64,000 nt of DNA, taken from a bacterium. Its GTDB lineage: Bacteria > Electryoneota > Electryoneia > Electryoneales > Electryoneaceae. Location of the stretch: NCBI GenBank assembly GCA_963675295.2, contig CAXXKJ010000002.1, positions 1,728,001 to 1,792,000 of the forward strand, in the 5' to 3' direction. Made by a program: the position numbers and the translations under genes. Positions 21,331 to 30,922 of this stretch are shown in pieces. The notes under the pieces are model-generated. The model was not told the DNA's origin. It made no database searches and worked only from the letters and a program-made list of their open reading frames with translations. Each line of letters opens with the position of its first letter. The stretch's first letter is position 1.

Positions 21331-21506
21331 GGTGTCATCCTGAACGCAGTGAAGGATCTCCAGATTATCAGCGGTAATTCGACACATCATTCTGAATCCG
21401 GCATATCCGGATTCAGAAGGTTCTGCTGTCCCACCATTCGATTGTCAGGAGATTCTTCCGATTCCTGCGGAATCGTCAGAATGACACCTTGAACGCAGTG
21501 AAGGAT
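21331..21506. repeat. Palindromic REP/MITE-like element
   Basis: Terminal inverted repeats GGTGTCATCCTGA (21331-21343) / TCAGAATGACACC (21476-21488), internal palindrome 21390-21418, direct repeat TGAACGCAGTGAAGGAT at 21341 and 21490. Confidence 0.7.
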
Positions 21507-21519
21507 ATCCTGGTTCAGC

Positions 21520-21550
21520 GGGCTTGGGGCTTCGGGCTTCGGGCTCTGGG
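21520..21550. repeat. Heptamer tandem repeat (GGGCTTC-like x4)
   Basis: GGGCTTG GGGCTTC GGGCTTC GGGCTCT GGG. Confidence 0.75.
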
Positions 21551-21614
21551 CACAACACACAAACCTCACCTGCCAGTGCCTTGCAGATGATCGATTCGAG
21601 CCTGAGTGTCGTCG

Positions 21615-21644
21615 CTCAAGACTCAGGACTCAAGACTCAAGACT
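21615..21644. repeat. Heptamer tandem repeat (CTCAAGA x4)
   Basis: CTCAAGA CTCAGGA CTCAAGA CTCAAGA just before the arsM RBS. Confidence 0.75.
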
Positions 21645-21661
21645 GTAAAAGAGGAAGAACC

Positions 21662-22531
21662 ATGCCGGACAACGAACAGATTCGCACACATGTCGCGGAT
21701 TCATATGCGAAAGCCGTGACGCGCGGCACGGGCTGCTGCTGCGGCGGCAGTGACGCCAGCACTCGTGGTGTCGCGGCGCAATGGGCGGGGTATGCCATCG
21801 GCGACACGGAGGGCTTGCCCGATGACGCCGTGATCAACTCCTTCGGTTGCGGCAACCCGCTGGCATTCAGCGAGGTGCGGGACGGCCAGACGGTGCTGGA
21901 CCTCGGTAGCGGCGCGGGGATTGACCTGCTGCTCGCGGCGCGCAAGGTGGGACTGTCCGGACGAGTGATCGGCATTGACATGACGGACGAGATGATCGCC
22001 GCCGCCAACCGCAACATCGCGGCATCGGGTCACCAGAATGTCGAGGTGCGCAAAGGCCTGATTGAAGAACTGCCGGTGGACGACAACTCGGTCGATTGGG
22101 TGATCTCGAACTGCGTCATTAACCTGTCGCCGGAAAAGGACAAGGTGTTTCGCGAGGTTTTCCGTGTGCTGAAACCGGGCGGGCAGATGCGGGTCAGCGA
22201 CATCGTGGTTGACGACCTGCCGGACTGGGTGCGCACGAACGAGCACCTCTACAACATCTGCATCGCCGGGGCGATTTCGGAGGTGGAGTATCTGCAGGGT
22301 CTGCGTGACGCCGGGCTGACCGATGTCCGTGTCGCTGAAACGTTGACCTATGAGCCGAGCCAGGTGAAGGCGTTGTTTGTCTCCGAGGTGGATGGCTCGG
22401 GCGACGACTGCGGTTGCGGCTGTGGATGTGGTTCGGCGGATGCGTTCGACGATCCCGCCGTGATTGACCATGCGGTACAGGATCTCGCTGGGAAGGTGCG
22501 CAGCTCGATCTTCGTCGCGAGGAAGAAATAG
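21662..22531 (+). CDS. arsM: Arsenite S-adenosylmethyltransferase
   Basis: SFGCGNP, VLDLGSGAGID, IGIDMTDEM, ISNCVINL, CIAGA; Cys-rich ends; start ATG 21662. Confidence 0.92.
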   Translation: MPDNEQIRTHVADSYAKAVTRGTGCCCGGSDASTRGVAAQWAGYAIGDTEGLPDDAVINSFGCGNPLAFSEVRDGQTVLDLGSGAGIDLLLAARKVGLSGRVIGIDMTDEMIAAANRNIAASGHQNVEVRKGLIEELPVDDNSVDWVISNCVINLSPEKDKVFREVFRVLKPGGQMRVSDIVVDDLPDWVRTNEHLYNICIAGAISEVEYLQGLRDAGLTDVRVAETLTYEPSQVKALFVSEVDGSGDDCGCGCGCGSADAFDDPAVIDHAVQDLAGKVRSSIFVARKK

Positions 22532-22750
22532 GTCTCTCTCAAACTGACTCCAGGTATTGGCGGACTGTCCATTGAAGCCGGCATGATCCGCGGAATCCGG
22601 CACCGGCAGGCCTTGATTCTCGAACGAGAACTGGTGCACACTCCGGGTTGAAGATGATCCATGGACAGGATCATGAGACCTGGCTTGACGTCACCCGTCG
22701 GGCCACCCGATCTGAGCACTTGAACTGCCTGCCAAAGGGAGAGTTACAAG

Positions 22751-24856
22751 ATGAAGCAGTACTTGCCTGTAGTAGCGATCTTCAGCCTGATTCTTGCGTT
22801 CAGCCCGAACGTGGGCGCATTCACCACGCCCGGCACCGGCGTCAATTGGGACGACGCCGACCTCGCGGCGAACTCCGGCGGCGTGATCGTCTGGGACGCT
22901 GACAACCAGCGTTATGTATCCAGCGAAACGATCACCGTCGCGGTATCCGACACCGTTCGCATTAACGCCGATTTCCAGGTGAACGCGACAGGCGTGGACG
23001 AAGATTTCATGATCGAAGGCATGCTCAACGTCGGCGATCCGAATGGTGCGCCAGCGGACTCCGTGTTCATGTACGGCGACATCACCGATGGGTTCGGCGG
23101 GTTCCGTGTTGCGGACGAGCCGGACGCGCATCTCATCCTGACTCGAGTGGTATTCAGCGGCGGAGGTGCAAATGGTGTCGATGACGGTGTCCGCCAGAGC
23201 GGCGGTGAAGCGCTCATCCAGGGTTGCCGCATTTCGAACTGGCCCGGCTACGCCGCCCGTACAAGCGGCGGGCATATGACCATCCGCAACACGCTGTTCC
23301 ATGACAACCTCGAGTACACGATTGCCACCAACCTCACGTCGACTCTGACGATGGTTGGAGATACGCTTGTGCGGAACAACATGTCGTCCCCCGCGAGCGG
23401 CAAGACGGCGATCACGGTCGGCACCCAGGGCGAAAACAGCGCGACGATCGATTCCTGCTACATCTCCGGTACCCCCGGCAACCGCCAGGGCGGGATCGCG
23501 GTCTGGAACCTGCTCGGCACCGGCCAGCACGCGACGATTACGAACACTACCATCGAAGACTGCGCCTGGGGTATCACGGTGCAGGGGTCGGACGCGTCCG
23601 CGATCATCACCGACTGCCGGTTGATCAATAATACAGCCTACGACAACCCGCAGATTTCCGGGTCCGGGATTTCGGTGTATCCGGGTGGTACGGTCGAGGC
23701 GGCCTACAACGAGATTTCCGGCAACTGGTGGGGCATCACCATCCCGGGGGCCGGTTCGGCGGTGGACGTGACCCTCGGTGAAACCGGCGCGTCCGAGTAC
23801 GCCCGGCAGGGCCGCAATCGCATTTTCGACAACGTCAACAACGACGAAACGTGGGCGCTCTTCAACAACGACGTCTACGACATTCTCGCGCAGGAAAACT
23901 ACTGGGGCAGCACCGACAGTAGTGAGATTGCCGAGACGATCTACGACTTCAACGATGATGCCACCAAGGGCACGGTGACGTTCATGCCGTTCTGGGACGG
24001 CGAACCCGACCCGCAGCCACCGGTCCTGGTCAGCGTCGAACCGGACAGCGACAGTGTCAATGTCTGGAACGAGTGGTTTGTGCGATTCTCGGTCAACGCG
24101 GACGATCCGGACGGCGACAACGCGCTGCTCGAGTACCAGTGGATGGTGGACGGAACCGATTGGGGCACCGACACATCCATCGTTGCCCAATTCACCGGGG
24201 ACGGCACGATTCCGGTGCAGGTGACCGTGACCGACGAGCAAGACCTGACGGTGCAGCGGAACTGGACCGTGATCCTGAACGGGGAATCGGACCTGATGAC
24301 CGCGACACTGGTCAACCCGGATTCCTCTGAAGTCGGCATTGTCACCGGCGAAACGGTCGAGTTTTCCGCCGATGCGAACAGCCCGTCCGGCGAGCCGCTG
24401 GTGTACTGGTACTGGTTCGACGGCGAGCTCGTCAGCCAGGAATCACCAACCTGGACGCACCTGTTCGCCGACGAGGGCGACTTTACCGTCATAGCGACCA
24501 TGCAGGATACCGTCGGCAACCCGTGGCCGGCGGAAAGTACAAGCTGGACGGTTCATGTTTCGGAAAACAGCGTGGCGGAATCCGGTCTGCTTCCGGCCGA
24601 ATTCTCGCTGGCGACGTATCCGAACCCGTTCAACGCCGAGTTGCGGATGCGGTACAGCCTGCCGCACGCCGCGAATCTGCGGGTTGGCATCTACGACGTT
24701 CTCGGTCGCAAAGTGCGGACAATGACCCGCGATCAGGTTTCTGCCGGCCAGCATGATCTCGTCTTTGACGCGTCCACCCTCGCCAGCGGCCTCTATTTCG
24801 TGCAGTTTCGCGCTGGTGAGTGGCAGGTCTCGCGGAAGGTTGTGCTCGTCCGATAG
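22751..24856 (+). CDS. Secreted right-handed beta-helix protein with PKD/Ig-like domains and T9SS CTD
   Basis: Signal peptide, parallel beta-helix-type repeats, AQENYWG, C-terminal YPNPFN...IYDVLGRKV...LASGLYFV...KVVLVR. Confidence 0.82.
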   Translation: MKQYLPVVAIFSLILAFSPNVGAFTTPGTGVNWDDADLAANSGGVIVWDADNQRYVSSETITVAVSDTVRINADFQVNATGVDEDFMIEGMLNVGDPNGAPADSVFMYGDITDGFGGFRVADEPDAHLILTRVVFSGGGANGVDDGVRQSGGEALIQGCRISNWPGYAARTSGGHMTIRNTLFHDNLEYTIATNLTSTLTMVGDTLVRNNMSSPASGKTAITVGTQGENSATIDSCYISGTPGNRQGGIAVWNLLGTGQHATITNTTIEDCAWGITVQGSDASAIITDCRLINNTAYDNPQISGSGISVYPGGTVEAAYNEISGNWWGITIPGAGSAVDVTLGETGASEYARQGRNRIFDNVNNDETWALFNNDVYDILAQENYWGSTDSSEIAETIYDFNDDATKGTVTFMPFWDGEPDPQPPVLVSVEPDSDSVNVWNEWFVRFSVNADDPDGDNALLEYQWMVDGTDWGTDTSIVAQFTGDGTIPVQVTVTDEQDLTVQRNWTVILNGESDLMTATLVNPDSSEVGIVTGETVEFSADANSPSGEPLVYWYWFDGELVSQESPTWTHLFADEGDFTVIATMQDTVGNPWPAESTSWTVHVSENSVAESGLLPAEFSLATYPNPFNAELRMRYSLPHAANLRVGIYDVLGRKVRTMTRDQVSAGQHDLVFDASTLASGLYFVQFRAGEWQVSRKVVLVR

Positions 24857-24912
24857 CGGATTTCCGGCAACGTAACCCGCGCCGGGCTGGCCGGGCTTGG
24901 TCTAAAAAGCAT

Positions 24913-24940
24913 GTGGCCGTGTCTGCTAGTCAGACGCGGC
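24913..24940. repeat. REP-like hairpin, copy 1
   Basis: GTGGCCGTGT-CTGC-tagt-CAG-ACGCGGC; related to the copies at 35620, 38234 and 46318. Confidence 0.55.
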
Positions 24941-24997
24941 CGCGTTGCTCCTGACTCCGGGCTGCGGGGGTGGCGCGGGTCATCTGCGACCCGGGTG

Positions 24998-26545
24998 TCA
25001 TTCCACTTGGGCAGTGACGATTGGCCCGTCGAACGGTGCGGCAACAACACCTCGCACACGCGGCGGATCGAGGTTGACTTCCGGGCCGCCGGTGACGGTC
25101 AACGGGAAATACGCCTGGATCGTGTGCTGCGGGTTGTCTGGATCGTACGTGCCCGCGCGGAGGATGTAGTTGTACTCACCCGACGCCGCATCCGTCGGGA
25201 CATTCTGCCGCAAGTCGGCCTCGTAGACACCGTTTGCCGGGACAGTGATATCTTGCCACACACGCAACGGCTCGCTCGGATAGCCGTCCGGCCCGCGCAC
25301 GATGACCCAGACGTCGGTAACGATGTCGGCGTCCGTGTTGTTGGTCAGCATGCCATGCCAGAAGAAGCGGCCGGGAGCGGGCACGGCGGACACGTCGCCG
25401 TACCCATCAACCGTTATTTCAAGATCGGTGGGATCGGGAGTGAACTTGCTGAGGAAAACAAATTCGGGTTCATCGTAACCAACATCATCTGCTTGGCCAA
25501 ACAGGACTATGTCACCGTGTGAATCAATCAAAACGTCATAATCATAAATGTAGTAATATTCTTGTTGATGATTATCGTAGTCATACTGCCATAAATGCGA
25601 AAAGTTTGCATCATATCGATCAAGTAAGATTGATGTATGATCGGGATACTCGTCCATACGAACTGTTGTTGTCAAATAACCACCATCCGGCATCAGCCAG
25701 ATATTCGCATCCCATTCATCTTCAATTTCTGGTATTATATATTCGTGTACTAGCTCTGCATCCTGATTTATGATAATACCAGCAAGATAGAGGTCTGGAT
25801 AATCATCACTTGACGAAACAGAAAGGAACATATTTCCATCAGGCAGTAGATCTATATTCCTGGTTCCCCTGTAGTCAGTATAATTGTACTCATTCAGCAG
25901 ATTCCCATTCAGATTATATTTCAACAGAAACATGTTGGGATATCCAGAAACTGGCATAAAGATGTTTCCTGAAACACTCGAACAGACGTCATTCGTACTA
26001 GTGGATTGTCCTATTGATCTTTCATCTGACCATATCACCGCACCATTCGAATCAAACCGACTCATTACGGTTCCGTTCGCACCATAATCAGAACTTGCAA
26101 TATAACCTCCCAAGCTGTACGGGTGAACGACACCAATTCCGCCCGCAACTAGTTGTGATGTAAATACAATGATACCTGGATATGATAACAAACAAAAACC
26201 ACTTGAATCAGACACTCCCGAACGGTATAGTGCAAGTATTTGATTTGAAACAATTTCTTCCAAGTAATAGGCGTTAACCATTGGTGGTTCAGGAATTGTG
26301 TGTAAAAGCGCACCGTTGACACCAATTTCAGAAATGAAAGCATCATAATCTGGATAAACACCTGCAAGATACGAAACCAGGTAATGTTGATTTTCTAACT
26401 GCGTAATATCCCAAGTTTTTATACCTTGATCCCCCCCAATAAGGCGCTCCCACTGTACGGTGAGCTGGGCTGTGGCTGGAGCTGCCAAAGCCAACATGGC
26501 AATTACAATAATCCTGCTCAAGTTTACACAGATAGCCTTTCTCAT
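24998..26545 (-). CDS. Exported beta-propeller-like protein with C-terminal Ig-like domain, no CTD; compositionally chimeric
   Basis: Signal peptide, QWERLIGG and related W-x-x-x repeats; C-terminal domain similar to the internal domain of CDS 55481-57295. Confidence 0.75.
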   Translation of the reverse strand: MRKAICVNLSRIIVIAMLALAAPATAQLTVQWERLIGGDQGIKTWDITQLENQHYLVSYLAGVYPDYDAFISEIGVNGALLHTIPEPPMVNAYYLEEIVSNQILALYRSGVSDSSGFCLLSYPGIIVFTSQLVAGGIGVVHPYSLGGYIASSDYGANGTVMSRFDSNGAVIWSDERSIGQSTSTNDVCSSVSGNIFMPVSGYPNMFLLKYNLNGNLLNEYNYTDYRGTRNIDLLPDGNMFLSVSSSDDYPDLYLAGIIINQDAELVHEYIIPEIEDEWDANIWLMPDGGYLTTTVRMDEYPDHTSILLDRYDANFSHLWQYDYDNHQQEYYYIYDYDVLIDSHGDIVLFGQADDVGYDEPEFVFLSKFTPDPTDLEITVDGYGDVSAVPAPGRFFWHGMLTNNTDADIVTDVWVIVRGPDGYPSEPLRVWQDITVPANGVYEADLRQNVPTDAASGEYNYILRAGTYDPDNPQHTIQAYFPLTVTGGPEVNLDPPRVRGVVAAPFDGPIVTAQVE

Positions 26546-26706
26546 TGGAACTCTCCTTGATCACAGGGTTAAGGAAGAGTGTTCCGATTCGCTATGTCAA
26601 ATCGGGTTCCATGGTGTACAATCTTCCCGTTTACCATTCAGAACCGCTGCATTATTGCAAACTAAGACCAGATTTCTGAATTCTCCACCGTTTCCAGAAA
26701 GCGAAT

Positions 26707-26735
26707 AAAAAAACGGGAAGGCAGTCTTCCCGTTT
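26707..26735 (-). terminator. Rho-independent terminator downstream of the S8 peptidase gene
   Basis: Minus strand AAACGGGAAG-actgc-CTTCCCG-TTTTTTT. Confidence 0.75.
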
Positions 26736-26816
26736 CAAGTCCATACATGTGACGATGTTACCGTGCAGGGTGTCTCCCGGCACACAGCCTTTCGCATGCC
26801 GGGCAACGTAGTCCGT

Positions 26817-26865
26817 GAGACGACAGAAGAATCCCGAGAGACGAAGGACCAGAGACAAGAGACGG
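26817..26865. repeat. Degenerate heptamer tract (GAGACRA)
   Basis: gagacga cagaaga atcccga gagacga aggacca gagacaa gagacgg, abutting the S8 stop codon. Confidence 0.55.
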
Positions 26866-26867
26866 CC

Positions 26868-29741
26868 TTACTTCGTCAGCACCACTTTCTGCACCGCCTG
26901 CTCGCCGGCGTGCTGCACCTGCAGGACGTAGACACCGGTCGCCAGCGACACGCCCGCGTCATTAGCGCTCAGGGTCAGGGTGTGGTAGCCGGGCTGAACG
27001 GTTCGCGCCTGGGTCAGCACACGTTGGCCGAGCACGTTGTACAGCGCCAGCTTGACCTCGCCCGGGCTCGGCACCGCGACACGCACGGCGAAGCTCGGGT
27101 TGAACGGGTTCGGGTAGGCCTTGCCGACCTCGAACTCACGCGGCAGGGCGGAGGCGAGCTGATCGTCTACACCGCTCGGCGCGTACAACGACAGCCGGGT
27201 GTAGTTGCCGCTGCCGAAAGTGCCGTCGCCGGCGTGCAACTGGCCGATAACCAACGTTTCGCCGGTGTTTTCGACCGTGTTCCAGATCTCGAAGGTCATC
27301 GTGTTGCCGGGGGTGAAACCACCGTTGCCGAGGTCTTCGTAGGCGTTCAGGATTAACGGGAAGACGTCATGTTCCGGCGCGATCGCGCCAACCACCGTGC
27401 CGCCGTCAAGCACCGCAATCTCGTAGTCGGTCAACGGTTGCGGCAGTCCGCCGGTGATCACGATCGGGTACGGCGCTTCGTTGGGCGCGACCGGGACAAA
27501 GTGGTCGAGATCAGCGGGGAACGGCTTGACCGTTACCACATCGAAGAAGCTCCAGCCGTTGTTAAGGTCGCGTGATCCGAGCAGGATGCCGTCGATGGGC
27601 AAATTGGCGACGGTGCGAACATCATGCAACCGAAGCTGGAATTCGTCGTTCAGCAGCGTCGTTTCGAGCAGACCGTCCTGGTAGTTCAACGTCAGGTGAT
27701 ACCACGCGTTGTAGTCGACGTCGAAGATGTCGGTCAGTTGGACCGGATCGTTCATGTCCGGGTCCTGCAACCACAGGTGATGGTTGCTGCCGACATAGAG
27801 CTTGATCCGTTCGTCACCGGAATAGAGGTGTACCGAACCAGCCTCGCCGCCGGCACTTGGATACCCCGAGAGGTAGAACCAGGTTGAAACCTGCAGACCG
27901 CTTGTCTCTGCGAAATACCGTTGCACGCCCTCGATGATGTTCGCCGGTGCGGAGGTGCCGACCGAATACTCGCCGTTGTAGACTCGGCTGGTGAAGCGAT
28001 AGGTGTTGATCGAGTTGATGAACTCCCAGACGTCTGGGTCATCCGCCTCGAAGTCGTCCACTATCGGCAGACCGAAGAGGCCGGAATAGAAGATCGGCTC
28101 GTTCATTGGCAGCGATTCGATGTCGCCGTAGAGTGCGCGTACGGTATACGTGTAATGACCCGGTTCCGGTAGTTGATCCACGACCGATTCGAGCAAAGTC
28201 GCTTCGAGAATCAGGTTGCCGTCACGGTACACGTTGTAGCCGTTGAAGTCGTTGTTTCCACCCGGATCGGAGTACCATGAGAGGGTGACTTCGCCATTTT
28301 CGCGGTCGACGTCCGAATTGACGTACTCCATCATCGGCACGGTCGCGGAGGGCGCGTATTCCAGTGCCCGGCGAGCGTTGACCCGTCCCGCGCCGAGCAG
28401 ACCGGCGTAGGAGGGGTTGAGGTCGTCAATGTCGTCCGCGGCGGCCTTGATTACGAATTCGACCTGATCGTCGGTCAGCTCCGGCATGTAACTGAGGATC
28501 AACGCGGCGACCGAAGCGGCATTCGGGCTGGCCATCGACGTTCCCTGCCATGCGATGTAATCCTGCGGGCGGTAGTTTTCGCCGACCATCGTGCTCCAGA
28601 TACTGGTGCCCGGGGCGGTGATGCCAACCCAGTCGCCGTAGGTGGAGAAGCTGGCTTTGTAGTCTTCCGGAGTGCTGGCGACGACGGCAATCGCTCCGTC
28701 GTAGGCGGCCGGGTAATTCCGTGCAGCGTCGCCGTTGTTGCCGGCGGACGCGAACAGGATGACACCGTTCTCGCGGGCGTAGGTGACCGCGTCCTGGTAT
28801 GCCTGCTGCGAACCGGACCCGCCGAAGGAGATGCTGATGACGCGCGAGCCGTTGTCGGTCGCATATTGAATCGCGGCCATGAAATCGGAGCTGATGCCGC
28901 TGCCCTGCAATGAACCGCCGGAAAGCCAGGCAAATCCGGCACGGAGGGGCATGGAGATCACGTTCCACGAGGCCGACGCCACGCCGATCCCGTTGTTGGT
29001 CGTCGCGGCGGCGGTGCCCTGGACGTGGGTGCCGTGGCCGTGCACGTCGGGGAAGACTTCATTATCGCGGGGACCGTAATCTTCGCCGACTGCTGGATCG
29101 CCCCAAGGCTGCCCGGAGACGAAGTCCCAGCCGGTCAGGTCGTCGACGAACCCGTTGTTGTCGTCGTCGATGCCGTTCATGTCGGAATCATCCCAGGCAC
29201 CGTTGTTGTTCAGATCTTCGCCGGGGTTGATGTACATGTTCGCCCACAGGTCTTCGTGGGTGATCTTGCAGCCGGTGTCGATGGTGGTGATGATGATGTC
29301 GGTTTCAGCCTGAAAGATGTCCCACGCTTCCGGGCATTCCATGATGTCCAGCGCCCACATGTTGTAGATGTCGATATCGTCGGGCATCAGCATCGCGTCA
29401 TGGATCTGATCCAGCTCAGCGGAGAGGATCGCGCCGCCGGTGGTGAGACTGGAGAGCAGCGTTTGTCCTTCCATCGAGGATTCGACCTTGAACCAGCGAT
29501 TGAGGCCGATCTCGTACCACGAAGCCCGGTGTTCTGGATCGTTCGGCTCGTAGAAGATGGGTGTCACCTGCATGTCTGGCGCGTTGAACCGTGTCAGCTC
29601 GGCTGGTAACACGTTGTGCTCGCGTGCGTCGAACGCCGCGGCATCAGTAAGCTCCACCAGCACCGGTTGAGTCGGTGCGGCAAGTGTCGATATGGAAACC
29701 ATCAAAAGCAGTGCGAAGACGCTGAGAACCGTACGCGTCAT
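26868..29741 (-). CDS. S8 (subtilisin-like) serine peptidase with FN3-like domain and T9SS CTD
   Basis: Catalytic triad motifs IDTG, HGTHVQG, GTSMASP; C-terminal YPNPFN...YNVLGQRV...TGVYVL. Confidence 0.92.
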   Translation of the reverse strand: MTRTVLSVFALLLMVSISTLAAPTQPVLVELTDAAAFDAREHNVLPAELTRFNAPDMQVTPIFYEPNDPEHRASWYEIGLNRWFKVESSMEGQTLLSSLTTGGAILSAELDQIHDAMLMPDDIDIYNMWALDIMECPEAWDIFQAETDIIITTIDTGCKITHEDLWANMYINPGEDLNNNGAWDDSDMNGIDDDNNGFVDDLTGWDFVSGQPWGDPAVGEDYGPRDNEVFPDVHGHGTHVQGTAAATTNNGIGVASASWNVISMPLRAGFAWLSGGSLQGSGISSDFMAAIQYATDNGSRVISISFGGSGSQQAYQDAVTYARENGVILFASAGNNGDAARNYPAAYDGAIAVVASTPEDYKASFSTYGDWVGITAPGTSIWSTMVGENYRPQDYIAWQGTSMASPNAASVAALILSYMPELTDDQVEFVIKAAADDIDDLNPSYAGLLGAGRVNARRALEYAPSATVPMMEYVNSDVDRENGEVTLSWYSDPGGNNDFNGYNVYRDGNLILEATLLESVVDQLPEPGHYTYTVRALYGDIESLPMNEPIFYSGLFGLPIVDDFEADDPDVWEFINSINTYRFTSRVYNGEYSVGTSAPANIIEGVQRYFAETSGLQVSTWFYLSGYPSAGGEAGSVHLYSGDERIKLYVGSNHHLWLQDPDMNDPVQLTDIFDVDYNAWYHLTLNYQDGLLETTLLNDEFQLRLHDVRTVANLPIDGILLGSRDLNNGWSFFDVVTVKPFPADLDHFVPVAPNEAPYPIVITGGLPQPLTDYEIAVLDGGTVVGAIAPEHDVFPLILNAYEDLGNGGFTPGNTMTFEIWNTVENTGETLVIGQLHAGDGTFGSGNYTRLSLYAPSGVDDQLASALPREFEVGKAYPNPFNPSFAVRVAVPSPGEVKLALYNVLGQRVLTQARTVQPGYHTLTLSANDAGVSLATGVYVLQVQHAGEQAVQKVVLTK

Positions 29742-29945
29742 GGTCTACCCTCCAGGGATAACGTCTACGTTGTGCCAGTTAGATGCACTTAACTCACATT
29801 CCGCTCACCGAGCAAGAACCGGACCCTCCGGCACAGACGAGCTTGTGGGATTTGAATACGAAAAAACAGGATAGGCTCGAGCGTGGCCTGTTTCCAAGTG
29901 TGAATCGTGTCTGAGCTGAGATTCGTGGGGATACTGCTTAATCGA

Positions 29946-30464
29946 TCAGGCGCGGTCGTACACGGAGCGAACGGCGTCGGCAAATTCGTCCGCCCGCTGC
30001 GATCCGATCAGCAGCTTCTTGCCGTCGATGAATTCGAACTGAACACCACGGTTGCCGGACACATTGTACGCCAGGTTTCCGGGCAAACCGCGCACCCCCC
30101 ATCCGCCGAACTGACCGATCGGACTATAGTTGATCGCCTCGAACTCCTTGATTTCCGCGATGGGAATCACCCGATGAAACACCAGCGGCCAATAGCGAAC
30201 ATGGATTACGTCGTCCATCACCCAAACCTGAAGGTGAATCCGGCGGAAGAACAGGATCAGCAATACCATTAATCCGCCCAATCCGATCACGATATTCCAC
30301 ATTTCCTGCGGTTTTTCAGTACCCTGCACCAGTTCGATCACCGGCCCGATGATGACCGCCACCAGGCTGGCGACCAGGATCAGCGTCAGCCACCATTGAC
30401 GGAAGTACTGTTCTTCATAAAACCGTGCGGCTTCCGGGACGGGGAGCGGGAGTTTCCGTTCCAT
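29946..30464 (-). CDS. Membrane protein (DUF6141-like, bacterial PH-like domain)
   Basis: FYEEQYFRQWW, two TM segments, YSPIGQFGGWGVR, AYNVSGNRGVQ, LLIGSQR. Confidence 0.75.
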   Translation of the reverse strand: MERKLPLPVPEAARFYEEQYFRQWWLTLILVASLVAVIIGPVIELVQGTEKPQEMWNIVIGLGGLMVLLILFFRRIHLQVWVMDDVIHVRYWPLVFHRVIPIAEIKEFEAINYSPIGQFGGWGVRGLPGNLAYNVSGNRGVQFEFIDGKKLLIGSQRADEFADAVRSVYDRA

Positions 30465-30467
30465 CGA

Positions 30468-30866
30468 TCAAAGCTCCTGATCATGCACGAAGGCGTCCGC
30501 CTCGATTTCAACCAGCAATTCCGGCCGCACCAGCCCGCTGATTGCGACCATGGTCGCAGCCGGACGGATTCCCTCGAAGAATTCGCGGTGCGCACGTCCG
30601 ACCTCGGCTTCGACGCTCATATCGGAGACAAAGATCCGCGTGCGCACGACATGCTCGAGTTTCGCGCCGGCGCCATCCAGGGCGGTCTTGATCTTCTCCA
30701 GCACGGCGACGGTCTGGCCGTAAGCGTCACCCGGCGCGATCGGTTCTCCCTTGCCGTCGACTGGAGCGGTTCCGGCGACCCAGATGTGCTGTCCGATACG
30801 AACGGCACGGGAAAAACCAACCGTGTCCTCCCACGGCGATCCGGATCGTATCAGCAGGCGTTCCAT
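30468..30866 (-). CDS. RidA/YjgF family protein
   Basis: SGSPWEDTVGFSRAVR, VVRTRIFV, RPAATMV, LVEIEADA. Confidence 0.92.
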   Translation of the reverse strand: MERLLIRSGSPWEDTVGFSRAVRIGQHIWVAGTAPVDGKGEPIAPGDAYGQTVAVLEKIKTALDGAGAKLEHVVRTRIFVSDMSVEAEVGRAHREFFEGIRPAATMVAISGLVRPELLVEIEADAFVHDQEL

Positions 30867-30873
30867 GTAATCT

Positions 30874-30922
30874 CCAGTGTTCAGTGGTCAGTACTCAGTA
30901 GTCAGTGGATTGTGGTCAGTTG
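30874..30922. repeat. Heptamer tandem repeat (TCAGTRG x7, degenerate)
   Basis: ccagtgt tcagtgg tcagtac tcagtag tcagtgg attgtgg tcagttg; contains the stop codon of the macro-domain gene. Confidence 0.7.

Noticed and set aside
21662-22531. Selenocysteine read-through in ArsM (or MsrA/ArsC)
   Set aside because: Catalytic positions are ordinary Cys codons; no in-frame TGA.
22691-24241. 516-aa minus-strand ORF
   Set aside because: Antisense shadow of the beta-helix/CTD gene, typical of high-GC DNA.
24860-24995. Integron attC site
   Set aside because: RYYYAAC/GTTRRRY boxes match poorly, the flanking genes are convergent, and there is no integrase or repeated cassette structure.
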